From a virus (taxonomy: Duplodnaviria > Caudoviricetes), in the IMG/VR virus record IMGVR_UViG_3300037502_002662, positions 1-56,948 of that record: a DNA stretch of 56,948 nt; one strand, written 5' to 3'. Below are positions 38,038-48,900 of the stretch, piece by piece (the first letter of the stretch is position 1; each line of letters opens with the position of its first letter). A program made the translations under genes and the position numbers. The notes beneath the pieces were generated by a model. The model worked only from the letters and a program-made list of their open reading frames with translations, had not been told where the DNA came from and did no database searches.

Positions 38038-39417
38038 GTGAAACATTTGAGTAATGAACGTGTACCAAGAAACATAACTAGGTCTATAGGTCAAACAGGC
38101 TTAGAAAGACAAAGTGGATATGTCCACGAAGAATTTATATCTGACCTACGTTGGCCTAGAGCAGGTAAAGTGTATAAAGAAATGTCTAGTAATGACCCAG
38201 TAATTGGGGCGATATTATACTTAGCTGAGATGCTCATACGTAAGATTGATTGGACTGTAGAACCTGTATCAGATAAAGCTGAAGATGAAGAAGCAGCACA
38301 ATTTCTAGAGTCTTGTATGCATGATATGAGTATGTCATGGCATGATACGATAACTGAAGTATTATCAATGTTAACCTATGGTTTTAGTTTTCATGAAATT
38401 ATCTACAAAGTACGTAGAGGACCTAATGAAAAGAGTAGTAAATATAGAAGCAAATATTCAGATGGTAGAATAGGCTGGCGTAAAATAGCAATACGAAGCC
38501 AAGACTCTTTATATGCATGGGAATTTGATGACGATGGTGATGTTAAAGCATTTATACAAATGCCAGCACCAACTTATAAAATAATTAGAATACCACTTTC
38601 TAAGGGGTTACTATTTAGAACAAGGATAAATAGGGATAATCCAGAAGGTAGGTCACTATTAAGAAATGCGTATAGGCCATGGTATTTTAAAAAGCGTATT
38701 GAGGAAATTGAAGGTATAGGTATTGAAAGAGATTTAGCAGGTCTACCTACATTAACGGCACCTGAGGGACTTAATCTGTGGGATAATACTAACCCTGAAA
38801 TGGTTAAGTTAAGACGAGAAGCAGAAGATTTAATAAAAAGTGTTCGTAGAGATAGCAATGAAGGTATACTACTTCCGCATGGTTGGGAAATTCAATTATT
38901 GTCGACCGGATCTTCTAGACAGTTTGATACAAATTCTATAATAAATAGGTATGATAATAGAATTGCAATTACGATGTTATCAGATCTAGTGTTAATAGGT
39001 GGCGATAAAACAGGTTCATTTGCATTAGCTGATACGAAAAAATCTATGCTAGCTGCAGCATTAGAAGCACAAGTCCATAACATTGCTGATGTGTTTAATA
39101 AGTATGCTGTACCAAAGTTATTTGATTATAACGTATTCCCAGGCATTACCGATTATCCGCGTATAGTACCGGGTGAGGTAGAAACGCCTAGTCTCAAGGA
39201 AATTGCTTTATTACTTAGAGCAATGGGCTTAGATATATCTAAAGATTTAAAACTTATGAATTATTTAAGAAAAATAGCTAGTATGCCACAATTATCTAGA
39301 CAAGAGTTTGAAGACATATATGCTAATCAACAATACGAAGATAATAATAATGACCAATTTGATGACACTGTAGAAAACACTTTCGAACAAAATGACCTTG
39401 CTTACACAGGTCAATAA
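38038..39417 (+). CDS. Portal protein (DUF935-like)
   Basis: YGFSFHEI, NPEGRSLLRNAYRPW, GSFALA; follows TerL. Confidence 0.88.
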   Translation: MKHLSNERVPRNITRSIGQTGLERQSGYVHEEFISDLRWPRAGKVYKEMSSNDPVIGAILYLAEMLIRKIDWTVEPVSDKAEDEEAAQFLESCMHDMSMSWHDTITEVLSMLTYGFSFHEIIYKVRRGPNEKSSKYRSKYSDGRIGWRKIAIRSQDSLYAWEFDDDGDVKAFIQMPAPTYKIIRIPLSKGLLFRTRINRDNPEGRSLLRNAYRPWYFKKRIEEIEGIGIERDLAGLPTLTAPEGLNLWDNTNPEMVKLRREAEDLIKSVRRDSNEGILLPHGWEIQLLSTGSSRQFDTNSIINRYDNRIAITMLSDLVLIGGDKTGSFALADTKKSMLAAALEAQVHNIADVFNKYAVPKLFDYNVFPGITDYPRIVPGEVETPSLKEIALLLRAMGLDISKDLKLMNYLRKIASMPQLSRQEFEDIYANQQYEDNNNDQFDDTVENTFEQNDLAYTGQ

Positions 39418-39435
39418 TAGAAAGGGGATGTATAA

Positions 39436-40017
39436 ATGGGTATAAAATATTTTAATGATATTAGTGAACTTCCTGAAAAAGTACGGAATAAGTTATCAGA
39501 ACAAGCACAACAGGTATTTTTAGAAGCATATAATAGGTATATTACTATGTATATTGAAGATGTAGCTTTTGAGTATGCTTGGCAAGAAGCTACTGAAAAT
39601 GATTTATTCGATATACTTAAAGCTAAGGAGGATAGTGTAGTTATTACTAAGTCAAATGAAGATCAACAACTTGTGTTTGGATGGGCTAGCATCTCTATAA
39701 ATAAAGATGGGTCGTTACCATTAGATTGGGATGATGATGTAATACCTCCTACAGAACTTGAGAAAGCAGCATATAATTTTGTTTTAAAGTATAGAGGTAC
39801 AGGTGAAATGCATAAAAGTGAGACTGTAGGTCAGCTAGTAGAGTCGGTAATATTTACAAAAGATAAAATAGAAGCCATGGGCTTACCTGAAGGATCAGTG
39901 CCTATAGGCTGGTGGGTAGGCTTTCATATACCTGATAAAGATGTATTTAATAAAATAAAAGATGGGACTTACAAAATGTTTTCAATACAAGGTAAGTCTA
40001 CCAGAGTAAAATTGTAA
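39436..40017 (+). CDS. ChaB-like domain + XkdF-like prohead protease
   Basis: ELPEKVRNKL..AQQVFLEAYN; LVFGWAS, GEMH, LVES, GWWVGF, FSIQG. Confidence 0.85.
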   Translation: MGIKYFNDISELPEKVRNKLSEQAQQVFLEAYNRYITMYIEDVAFEYAWQEATENDLFDILKAKEDSVVITKSNEDQQLVFGWASISINKDGSLPLDWDDDVIPPTELEKAAYNFVLKYRGTGEMHKSETVGQLVESVIFTKDKIEAMGLPEGSVPIGWWVGFHIPDKDVFNKIKDGTYKMFSIQGKSTRVKL

Positions 40018-40022
40018 ATGTT

Positions 40023-40055
40023 GAGTTATAACGCAGTAATATCCAACGTATAATA
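40023..40055 (+). promoter_or_regulatory. Candidate late promoter, copy 2
   Basis: GAGTTATAAC-N12-AACGTATAATA. Confidence 0.65.
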
Positions 40056-40074
40056 AAAATAGGAGGTGTGCTAA

Positions 40075-40839
40075 TTGCCTAATGCGTTACTTAATTTAGA
40101 TATAGACAGAGTTGACCTTGTTGACGAAGGTGCAAACTCTGCTGCATTTATAAAATTATATAAAAGAAAGGAGCGAGTAAAGGGTATGGATTTAAAAGAT
40201 GTTTTAGCTAAAATTAAACCAGAGCATGCTGAAGTTATAGAGTCTGCTTTGGAGAAAGCTAAGAATGAAGTACCAGAAGATGTTGAAAAGAAAGTTAAAG
40301 ATTTAAAAGCTAAATTAGAAAAGGCAAACAAAGAATTGAAGGAAGCAACTGAAAGACTTGAAAAGAGTAAAGAACTTAAGAAAGATGACAACTTAGAAGA
40401 AATTGTTAAGTCCTTAGACGGACCAATTAAAGAAGCTTTTGAAAAGTTACAAGCACAAAAGAAAGCTGCTGAAGAAATAGCAAAACAGCTACAAGAACAA
40501 AAAGAAAAAGAAGCTGCTTTAGCTAAAGCTAAGGAACTTAAGAATTTACCTATGGAAACAGAAAAATTAGCCGGTATAATCAAGAATGTATCTCCAGAGG
40601 TATTTGAATTATTAAAAGCAGCAAACGAAGCTATTGAGAAAAATGTGTTGGGCACAGTAGGTGACAATGGCGATAATACGATTAATAATTCTGCTGGTGA
40701 TGATGCTTGGGCTAAAATTGAGAAGAAGGCTAAAAAGCTTGCTAAGGAAGAAAGTATTTCCATGGAAAAGGCGATAGCTAAAATTATTGATGAAGAACCT
40801 GAATTATACGAAGAGTACCTAGAAGGAGGTAGGGAATAA
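40075..40839 (+). CDS. Capsid scaffolding protein
   Basis: N-terminal DRVDLVDEGAN strand then coiled coil; between protease and capsid genes. Confidence 0.75.
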   Translation: MPNALLNLDIDRVDLVDEGANSAAFIKLYKRKERVKGMDLKDVLAKIKPEHAEVIESALEKAKNEVPEDVEKKVKDLKAKLEKANKELKEATERLEKSKELKKDDNLEEIVKSLDGPIKEAFEKLQAQKKAAEEIAKQLQEQKEKEAALAKAKELKNLPMETEKLAGIIKNVSPEVFELLKAANEAIEKNVLGTVGDNGDNTINNSAGDDAWAKIEKKAKKLAKEESISMEKAIAKIIDEEPELYEEYLEGGRE

Positions 40840-41570
40840 TGGCAGCTTATGAAATCCCTGGTCTACAGTTTAGTGCCGAAGCAGGTGGCGCAATAGCGAT
40901 AAGACGTTTTGTTAAATTTGACGCAAATGAAAATGTAGTACAAGCTGGTGCTGGTGAAGCAGCATTAGGCGTATCAATGAATGATGCTGACACAGGTGAG
41001 GTTGTAGATATATCTGATGGTATAGTTATAGTTGAAGCTGGAGGACCAATCAATCCTAATGATGCTGTAGAGTGTGATGCAAACGGTAGAGCTATTGTTA
41101 GATCAACAGGTATTACAATTGGTGTTGCTTTAACAGGTGCTGCGGCTGCTGGCGAGTTAGTAACAATAAAAACTCCTGCAGTAGTTACATTGGCAAATTT
41201 TTTCACTATTAATTACCAAGTTGAAGACTTAAATGCCGATGCAGATATTGCTAATAGGCCTATATTTGTAGTACCAACAGGTAAAAAGTTTACTATTACA
41301 GATGTTCAAATTATTTCACAAGGTGCGCCAACAGGAATTGATGATGCTAATACCTGTGTTGTAGCTCTTGAAAATGGTGGCGTATCAATTGTAAGTAAAA
41401 CTTATAATTCTACTAATGTTTTTCCAAATGAAACAGCGGATTCATTAGGAACTATTTCTAATGCAGAGCTATCTGCTGGGGATATCTTAGATTTATCTGT
41501 AACTAATGGAACAGCTGCAGATACTCCTGCATTTATAGTACAAATTATAGGCACATTACAAAATGCTTAA
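40839..41570 (+). CDS. Capsid decoration/cement protein with extra C-terminal domain
   Basis: Ala/Gly-rich beta pattern DANGRA..GVAL..AAAAGELV before the capsid gene. Confidence 0.7.
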   Translation: MAAYEIPGLQFSAEAGGAIAIRRFVKFDANENVVQAGAGEAALGVSMNDADTGEVVDISDGIVIVEAGGPINPNDAVECDANGRAIVRSTGITIGVALTGAAAAGELVTIKTPAVVTLANFFTINYQVEDLNADADIANRPIFVVPTGKKFTITDVQIISQGAPTGIDDANTCVVALENGGVSIVSKTYNSTNVFPNETADSLGTISNAELSAGDILDLSVTNGTAADTPAFIVQIIGTLQNA

Positions 41571-41600
41571 TAAAAATTAATGAAAGGAGAGGAATGATTA

Positions 41601-42578
41601 ATGCCTACTAAAAATCAAGCACATATAGATAGAGCTTTAACTAATATATCAGTAGCATATATGCAAGATGCGTCTGCTTTTGTAGCAGATAAAGTTTTTC
41701 CAATCGTACCTGTAAAGAAACAGTCTGATGTTTACTTTGTATATAATAAAGGAGACTTCTTTAGAGATGAAGCAAGAGTAAGAGGTAGAGCAGCTGAGTC
41801 AGTTGGTGGCGACTACGGTGTAGAAGCTGCTGAGCCTTATTACTGTAAAGTACACGCTTTTCATAAAGATGTAACAGAACAAGATAGAGCCAACTATGAT
41901 ACTCCATTGGACGCGGATAAAGATGCTACAGATTTTGTTACACAAAAAATGTTAGTTAGAAGGGAAGTAGAATGGGCAAGTAAGTTTTTCGTACCTGGTG
42001 TATGGGGTACAGAAATAACTGGTGTAGCATCAGAGCCTGGTGAAGGTGAAGTTTTACAGTTTGATCAAGCTGCTTCTGATCCAATAAGTGTTATTACAAA
42101 CGAAGCTGTAAAAATGGCAGCTAAAACAGGATATAAACCTAATACAATAGTAATGTCCCCTTATGTATTTTATGCGCTTAAAAATCATGAAGATATTTTA
42201 AATAGAATTAAGTATACACAAAAAGGTATAGTTACTACTGATTTATTAGCTACTTTATTTGAAGTTGATAAAGTGCATATAGCATGGGGTGTAGTTAATA
42301 CTGCTAACCAAGGCGCGAACGATAATATAGATTTTGTTATGGGTAAGCATATGCTACTATGCTATTCTAACCCAAGACCTGCACTTAAGAAGCCTTCAGC
42401 TGGCTATATATTTGCTTGGACAGGACTTAAGAATTCAGGCGGCTATGGTAATAGAATAGTAAGAATACCTATGGATCAATTAGGTATAGGCACAGAAAGA
42501 ATTGAAGGTGAACTTGCTTTTGATGCCAAGGTTATTTGCTCTGACATGGGCGTATTCTTTAAGGATATTGTTGGATAA
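41601..42578 (+). CDS. Major capsid protein
   Basis: LTNISVAY..FP.VPV, RREVEWA, KPNT pattern; position in head module. Confidence 0.85.
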   Translation: MPTKNQAHIDRALTNISVAYMQDASAFVADKVFPIVPVKKQSDVYFVYNKGDFFRDEARVRGRAAESVGGDYGVEAAEPYYCKVHAFHKDVTEQDRANYDTPLDADKDATDFVTQKMLVRREVEWASKFFVPGVWGTEITGVASEPGEGEVLQFDQAASDPISVITNEAVKMAAKTGYKPNTIVMSPYVFYALKNHEDILNRIKYTQKGIVTTDLLATLFEVDKVHIAWGVVNTANQGANDNIDFVMGKHMLLCYSNPRPALKKPSAGYIFAWTGLKNSGGYGNRIVRIPMDQLGIGTERIEGELAFDAKVICSDMGVFFKDIVG

Positions 42579-42964
42579 TGAAACGCATATTAGTAGCTAG
42601 GCGGTCTTTCAAGTCAATGGGCAAGTTTTATTATGTAGGGTCTATTATAACGGACACTACTAAAATAAAATATGTACAGAGTAAGCTTGATGACGGTATA
42701 TTAGTATATGTAAGAAGCCCACTTGAGGCCGTAAATATAGCAAATTATATAAAGGCTAAGTCAGGTAAAGATATCTATCCTGAGTTAGAGAGATTATTAT
42801 CTGAAAATAAAACGCCTAAAACAGAGCAAAAACCTAAGAAAGCTGAACCTAAGAAAGCTGAACCTAAGAAAGCTGAACCTAAGAAAGCAGAACCTAAGAA
42901 AGCATCTACTAAGGAGTCTAGAGCTAAAAAAGCTAGGCCTGTTATAAAATCAGGCAATGAGTAG
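42578..42964 (+). CDS. Head-associated protein with (AEPKK)n 15-bp repeats
   Basis: Repeats at ~42831-42903. Confidence 0.7.
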   Translation: MKRILVARRSFKSMGKFYYVGSIITDTTKIKYVQSKLDDGILVYVRSPLEAVNIANYIKAKSGKDIYPELERLLSENKTPKTEQKPKKAEPKKAEPKKAEPKKAEPKKASTKESRAKKARPVIKSGNE

Positions 42965-42973
42965 GTGATATAA

Positions 42974-43330
42974 ATGACTTGGACATATTCGGGAGACCCT
43001 AGTGTAAGTGAAAAAGACAAATATAGGTTTCTAATTGATGACACAGACGAAAATAATCCATTATTACAGGATGAAGAAATACAATTTGTTCTTAATTCTA
43101 CTAATTCACATTATGGTAGATTAGCTGTATTATACAGAATTTGTTCAAATAAATTTTCAAAGGATCCTAAAAAGTCTTTAGGTCCACAGTCTATTGATCC
43201 TACATCAAGAGCTGAAAAATATGAAAGATTAGCAGATAGATATGAAAAATTGGCAAGTGCTGTAGGTGCTTTTAGTAATACTAGTATGACGGATCCGGTT
43301 TTTACTAAGGAGATGCATGATAATGTATAA
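42974..43330 (+). CDS. Head-tail adaptor
   Basis: MTWTYSGDP..RFLI.DTD..LLQDEEI. Confidence 0.75.
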   Translation: MTWTYSGDPSVSEKDKYRFLIDDTDENNPLLQDEEIQFVLNSTNSHYGRLAVLYRICSNKFSKDPKKSLGPQSIDPTSRAEKYERLADRYEKLASAVGAFSNTSMTDPVFTKEMHDNV

Positions 43331-43640
43331 TGACTTAAAAGAATGGTTAAACATACCTGTAGAATGGAAACAATTTATATCTCATGATGGTAGAGGTAAT
43401 GAAACTTATGCGGATCCTGTTATAAAGTATTGTTATTTAGATGGCAAAATAAGTCGTATACGTAATGAAAAAGATGAAGTGATTGTAAGCAATCAGATCT
43501 TATATTTTAGTGGTGAAGATGGCAAGGATATGTCTATAAATGATGTTTTTGTAATAAACGCCTCTGAAAAGAGCCCCGTACATTTGCAACCTTACTATAA
43601 TGAAAAAGGCAATTTAAGTCTATTAGGAGTGTATCTATAA
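43317..43640 (+). CDS. Head-closure protein
   Basis: Position and size; DGRGN..Y motif. Confidence 0.6.
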   Translation: MIMYNDLKEWLNIPVEWKQFISHDGRGNETYADPVIKYCYLDGKISRIRNEKDEVIVSNQILYFSGEDGKDMSINDVFVINASEKSPVHLQPYYNEKGNLSLLGVYL

Positions 43641-44047
43641 TGTCAAAAATAAACCTTACAATTGATAAAGGATCTGTAAAGAAACTTGAGGCTGAGGTTA
43701 AGAGGTCTTTTTTAGAATACTTTACAAAAGGTATTGATGCACTTGAACAAACAGCAAGGAATATAATGGCAGAAAGTCAGTTAGAGGTACCTAGAGAAAC
43801 AGGTACATTAGCAAGTACTGGCTTTGTAGAACGTAGAGGTAATAAGGTTGCGTTAGGTTATGGTGGTAGACATGATCAAATAAACCCTAAAAGAGGCTAT
43901 GCAGCATCAGAATACATGATTATAGTTCATGAAGATCTGAATGCCCACCATGATATAGGTAAGGCTAAATTTCTAGAAGACCCCCTAATGAGAAATATAG
44001 CAAATATCCAAAAGAACCTTATAAATACTATGAAAGAGGTGAAATAG
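43640..44047 (+). CDS. HK97 gp10-like neck protein
   Basis: VPRETGTL, Y..IVHE, KAKFLEDP. Confidence 0.8.
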   Translation: MSKINLTIDKGSVKKLEAEVKRSFLEYFTKGIDALEQTARNIMAESQLEVPRETGTLASTGFVERRGNKVALGYGGRHDQINPKRGYAASEYMIIVHEDLNAHHDIGKAKFLEDPLMRNIANIQKNLINTMKEVK

Positions 44048-44377
44048 ATGGCTCAATTATCTACACAATTATTTGGCGATGTAGGTATTTCACCAATATT
44101 TACTGCAGCAGATGTTGCTGGTGATACCTTTAAAAATGATGGAATAGTATATTTATTTGTTACAAATAATAGTGCTTCTACTATTGATGTTACAGTTACT
44201 GCTGCTAAAGAATGTGATCAAGGGTTTTTACATGATTTAACAGTTTCTGTATCAGCTGGTACAACTGAGCAAATTGGCCCTTTAAGCTCAGCTAGATTTA
44301 ATGACAATAACAACAATGTGTCAGTTACTTATTCTGATGCTACGAATGTAGAAGTTGCGGTGGTGAAGGTACAATAA
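44048..44377 (+). CDS. Small beta-rich virion protein
   Basis: GDTFKNDG..L.VTN; within neck module. Confidence 0.6.
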   Translation: MAQLSTQLFGDVGISPIFTAADVAGDTFKNDGIVYLFVTNNSASTIDVTVTAAKECDQGFLHDLTVSVSAGTTEQIGPLSSARFNDNNNNVSVTYSDATNVEVAVVKVQ

Positions 44378-44764
44378 ATGGCTGATTTATTAAACGATAT
44401 TGCTGAATTTATAATAAGCAATAACTATGCAACTGCTATAGGTTCTGACATATATTTAGATTACAGACCAGATGGACCTGATAATATTATTGTAGTAAAT
44501 GAATATATAGGTACTCCTATAGAATATACTGAAGCAGCTATAAGAAGACTACAAATACAGGTTAGGAATAAAAATAGCAATGATGCTAGGCTACTTATAA
44601 ACAATTTATACAGAATGTTTAATGAAAATATAATATATGAAAATTTACCAAATAATAGATATGGTATAGTATCACCTACTAGTACCCCTACTATACTTAC
44701 CACTGATGAAGAAAATAGAACAATATACTATTTTAACTTAAGCATTACAACTAAGATTGATTAA
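44378..44764 (+). CDS. Tail terminator/completion protein
   Basis: PD.PD..I, LQIQVR, DEENR..NL. Confidence 0.75.
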   Translation: MADLLNDIAEFIISNNYATAIGSDIYLDYRPDGPDNIIVVNEYIGTPIEYTEAAIRRLQIQVRNKNSNDARLLINNLYRMFNENIIYENLPNNRYGIVSPTSTPTILTTDEENRTIYYFNLSITTKID

Positions 44765-44778
44765 AAGGAGGTAAAATT

Positions 44779-45351
44779 ATGGCAGGTGTAAAGATAGGCG
44801 TAAAGAACTTTCATTACGCTAAATTAACTTCAGATAGCGAATCAGGTGTAAAATATGAATCACCTGTAAAAGTACCTGGTCTTGTTACAATAAATATAAA
44901 CCCAAATCCTTCAGTTGAAACATTATTTGCCGATGATGCACCATTTGAAACAGCTGCTACAACTGGACAGATAACTGCAGAGATAAGTTTAGCTGATTTA
45001 CCATTAGATGTTCAAGCAGACTTGTTAGGCCATACGCTTGATGCTAATGGTCAATTAAAGGTTAAAGCTGATGATACACCACCTTATGTAGCTATAGGTT
45101 TTGAGTCGCTTAAGTCAAATGGGTCTAAAAGATATGTATGGTTAGTTAAAGGTAAATTCTCAGAGCCTGAAGATAATAATGAAACTAAAGGAGACTCAAT
45201 TAATTTCCAATCTGCTACAATAACTGCTTCATTTGTATCAAGAGAATATGACGGAATTTGGAAAATTGTAGGAGATGAAGATGCTACTGGTTGGTCAGAA
45301 CCTACAAAAGGTTGGTATGACGTTTCAGTTCTTGGCGACGTGACAGCTTAA
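44779..45351 (+). CDS. Major tail protein (phi13-like)
   Basis: IGVKN..YA, FADD, PPYVAIGFES, WLVKGKF. Confidence 0.9.
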   Translation: MAGVKIGVKNFHYAKLTSDSESGVKYESPVKVPGLVTININPNPSVETLFADDAPFETAATTGQITAEISLADLPLDVQADLLGHTLDANGQLKVKADDTPPYVAIGFESLKSNGSKRYVWLVKGKFSEPEDNNETKGDSINFQSATITASFVSREYDGIWKIVGDEDATGWSEPTKGWYDVSVLGDVTA

Positions 45352-45355
45352 AATA

Positions 45356-45380
45356 ACTACTGCCTTTTGAGGCAGTAGTA
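45356..45380 (+). terminator. Hairpin after major tail gene
   Basis: ACTACTGCCT-TTTG-AGGCAGTAGT. Confidence 0.7.
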
Positions 45381-45410
45381 AAATTTTAAAATTAAAAAGG
45401 AGGAATTAGT

Positions 45411-45749
45411 ATGAGTAATGTTAAAGATGTTAGACAAAAACCCGTTACAATTGAGTTAGGAAATAAAAAATGGCAGTTATTATATGACCTAAATGCTTTT
45501 GCAGAATTAGAAGAAATGTATGGTTCTGTAGAAAAAGCTATGGATGAATTAGAAAAAGGTACATTAAAAGCTATACGAGCTATATTATGGGCTGGTTTAG
45601 TTCATCAAGATGAAACGCTAACACAAAAGGAAGTTGGAAAACTTATAACCCTAGATAAATTAGAAAGCGTAAGTATAGCAATGTCTAAAGCTTTAGAAAT
45701 CAGTCTGCCTAAGCCTGAACAAGCAAACCCAAACAAACAGGACCAGTAA
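45411..45749 (+). CDS. Tail assembly chaperone (gpG)
   Basis: YDLNAFAELEE.YG, IRAILWAGL; between MTP and TMP. Confidence 0.85.
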   Translation: MSNVKDVRQKPVTIELGNKKWQLLYDLNAFAELEEMYGSVEKAMDELEKGTLKAIRAILWAGLVHQDETLTQKEVGKLITLDKLESVSIAMSKALEISLPKPEQANPNKQDQ

Positions 45750-45949
45750 CATCTAATAATATTAGTAATGATGATGGATGGGACTGGCGTTATTTGATGT
45801 ATATAGGTACAGTTATATTAGGTATGTCTGAAGAAAAATTTTGGAGAACAACCCCTAGAAAGCTTATGGCATTATTTAATGTGCATATGGAAATTCAAAC
45901 AGGTGAAACTGCGAAAGAAGCTCTTACTCCTATAGATTATGTTCTATAG
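45728..45949 (+). CDS. gpGT extension via -1 programmed frameshift at C CCA AAC
   Basis: -1 frame reads ..DGWDWRYLMYIGTVILGMSEEKFWRTTPRKL.. to TAG 45949. Confidence 0.8.
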   Translation, partial: PKQTGPVTSNNISNDDGWDWRYLMYIGTVILGMSEEKFWRTTPRKLMALFNVHMEIQTGETAKEALTPIDYVL

Positions 45950-45964
45950 GAAGGAGGTTATTAT

Positions 45965-48900
45965 ATGGCTAAAAATCATAAAATAGCAGAACTCTTTGCT
46001 AATTTAAGCTTAAATATGGATAGTTATAAAAAGAGTATGCAAAGAGTTCGTAGAGTAACACGCGTAACGGCATCAAAATTAAATAAAGAATTTAGACAGA
46101 ATGTAGGTATGGCTATAAAAGAAACAGAAGATGATATGAAACGTTTCTCTATTAGAAGTTCAAGATACATAAAGGACGTATCAAGAGTTGTTACAGGTAT
46201 ACTTATTTCACAAGCATTCTATTCCCTATTACGTAGGATAAGATCTGCTACACGTGAGATAGTAGAATTTTCTATGGAAGTAGAAAGAGCTATGGTATCT
46301 TTTACTGTGCTACTTGGATCTGTTGAAAAAGCTACAGGATTTATGTACGCATTAGAAGAATTTACTGCTAGAACACCTTTTCAAATGCGTGAATCCATAC
46401 TAGCAGCACAACAATTACTAGCAATGGGTTATCCTATACAAAGTATTATACCAGTACTTAGGCAATTACTTGATGCAGCTGCTATTCTTGGAGGTTCTAA
46501 AGATGTTCTTAATAGAATAGTCTTAGCAATGGGTAAAATACAAGCTACTGGTATAGTATCTGCGCGTGAACTTAGATCTCTTGCAAAAGCTGGTATACCT
46601 ATTTATCAAATAATGAAAGAGCAACTTAACTTAACAGACGAACAAATAGCTAAAATAGGTGACTTAAGGATATCTGCTGAGCAAGGTATTGCTGCAATTT
46701 TAAGAGGTTTAAATAGGGTAAAAGGTGCTTCTATACTTATATCAAGAACATTACCCGGTTTATTAAGTACTGTAAAAGATAATCTATTACTTATCGGTAA
46801 GGATCTTACTAGAGGCATTTATAATAACGTAAAATCTTTCGTAAAATCATTAGTAGGTTATCTTGATGTATTTAGAAAAATAATTCGTGAAAATGGATTA
46901 GGGGCTCTACTTAAAGAGTTACTTCCTAAGACTATGTATAAAGAAATAGTGCGGATAGCTAATGCGTTTAATTTATTGTGGCGATCTGCTAAGAAAATGG
47001 TCGTTGTATATAAAGACATATTTAAGTCAATTACAAAGTTGGCTATTAAAATTTCAAGTTTTTTATTACCAGTTTTTGCTACCTTAATTGATAAAATCAC
47101 ATCTTTATATTATTGGGTAAATAAGAATATACCTGTACTTAAAGATTTAGTAGCCCTATTCTTTAGTTTAATGATAGCTGGTAATGTAGCTACATTGGTG
47201 AAAGGTCTTGCTAAAGCTTTAATGATATTAAATGTAGCAACATATGTTACGAAAGCAATACGAGGTCTAACTTGGGCTATAAAGGGCTTGTTCCTTGTTA
47301 TGTCTAGTCATCCTATAGGGTTTGCTATAGCTGCTGCAGTAACGCTATTTGGGGTATTTGTATCAAGAATTAAAGAAGTGCGTATAGCGATAAGCAAATT
47401 AAAGAAGTCATTAGCAGATTTTGCTGGATTTGATCCGCATATCCTCAAACCTATAGGTAAGCAAGATGTAGACACAACTGGAGAGTATAACAAAAAATAT
47501 GAAGACACAGTGAAAATAACAGATAAAGTGGGTCAAGCAGCGAAAAAAGCTTCAAAAGAAGTAAAATCATTCTTAGCTAATTTTGATGAAGTTGTTACAA
47601 TACCTGATAAAAAATCTAGTGGCATTGAAGAAGCCTTTAATGAAATGTCTGATGTAGATACAAAAATACCTAATATTGACCTACAGGGATTAAACTTAGA
47701 GGAATTAACTTTACCTACTTTAACTAAAATTTATAATACCTTTACAGGTAACTTAAAAGAATTTATAAAAAATATTATAGGGGCTATAAAGAATGGGTAT
47801 AATAAAGCTATTAAGTTTATAAAAGGATTAGGTCCTGAGACGTTAAAAAACTTAAATAATTGGAAAGATACTACATTGAGGTCTGTTACAGATTTCATAG
47901 CAAGAATTATAGCTAAGATTTTATTATTCAATGAAGACTCTATTAAGACTTTTACAGAATGGTACCATAATCTTTTAAATACTTTAAATAAGTTCGGTAG
48001 TTTCGCGTGGAGTACTTTAAAAGAAGCCTTTAAAAGACTAAAAAATATATTTACAGATTGGAGTTATGAAAGCTTAACAAGTTGGATTGAATGGTGTTTT
48101 TCAATGTTAGGCGAATTCCGTAGTTTGTTTGGTGAACTAGTTAAAGTGGCTTCAGATGGTGTAATTCGCATACTTGGCCATATCCTTGGCTTTTCAGATG
48201 ATACAGTACAAGCAATCATAGATTGGAAAGATAATATAATAAATGTGTTTGTAGATTGGTCTAATGAGACATTAAAAAGCTTTTCAAAATTTATTACTGG
48301 TACAATGAAATTTTTCAAAGATTGGCGTACTAAAACCATTGTAGAAATATATGGATGGTATAAAGACGCCTTATCAGGCTTCAATACATGGTTTTTACAA
48401 ACGCTCGCAATTTTTACTACTTGGGATAACAAAGTAATAGAAAAAATACAAACTTGGATTGCAGATGTTAAAGCAAAGTTTGAGGAGTGGAAAAGTAATA
48501 CCTTACAAATAATACTATCATGGAGCAATGACTTTGATACCGCAGTAGCAGCTGTTATTGATAATACTATTTTAGGTATAATACAATGGAAAGATAATAT
48601 GATAGCTAACTTCCAATTATGGTTATTAAATACAAAAATGATATTTATTGATTTTGTTACTAATACTATACAATTCTTCCAAAATTGGCGTGAAATAACT
48701 ATTGGTCAATTAATTAGTTGGTCAAAATCTACAATGAAGACATTAAGTAATTGGGTAATTAATACTCTTACTACATTCTTAATATGGGATACTGACATAA
48801 GAAGTTTAATACAAGGTTGGATAGATAATATTAAAGCTAAATTTAATAGCTGGAAAGATAATACTATAACTACTTTCAAAGAATGGGACGCTAAAATTGA

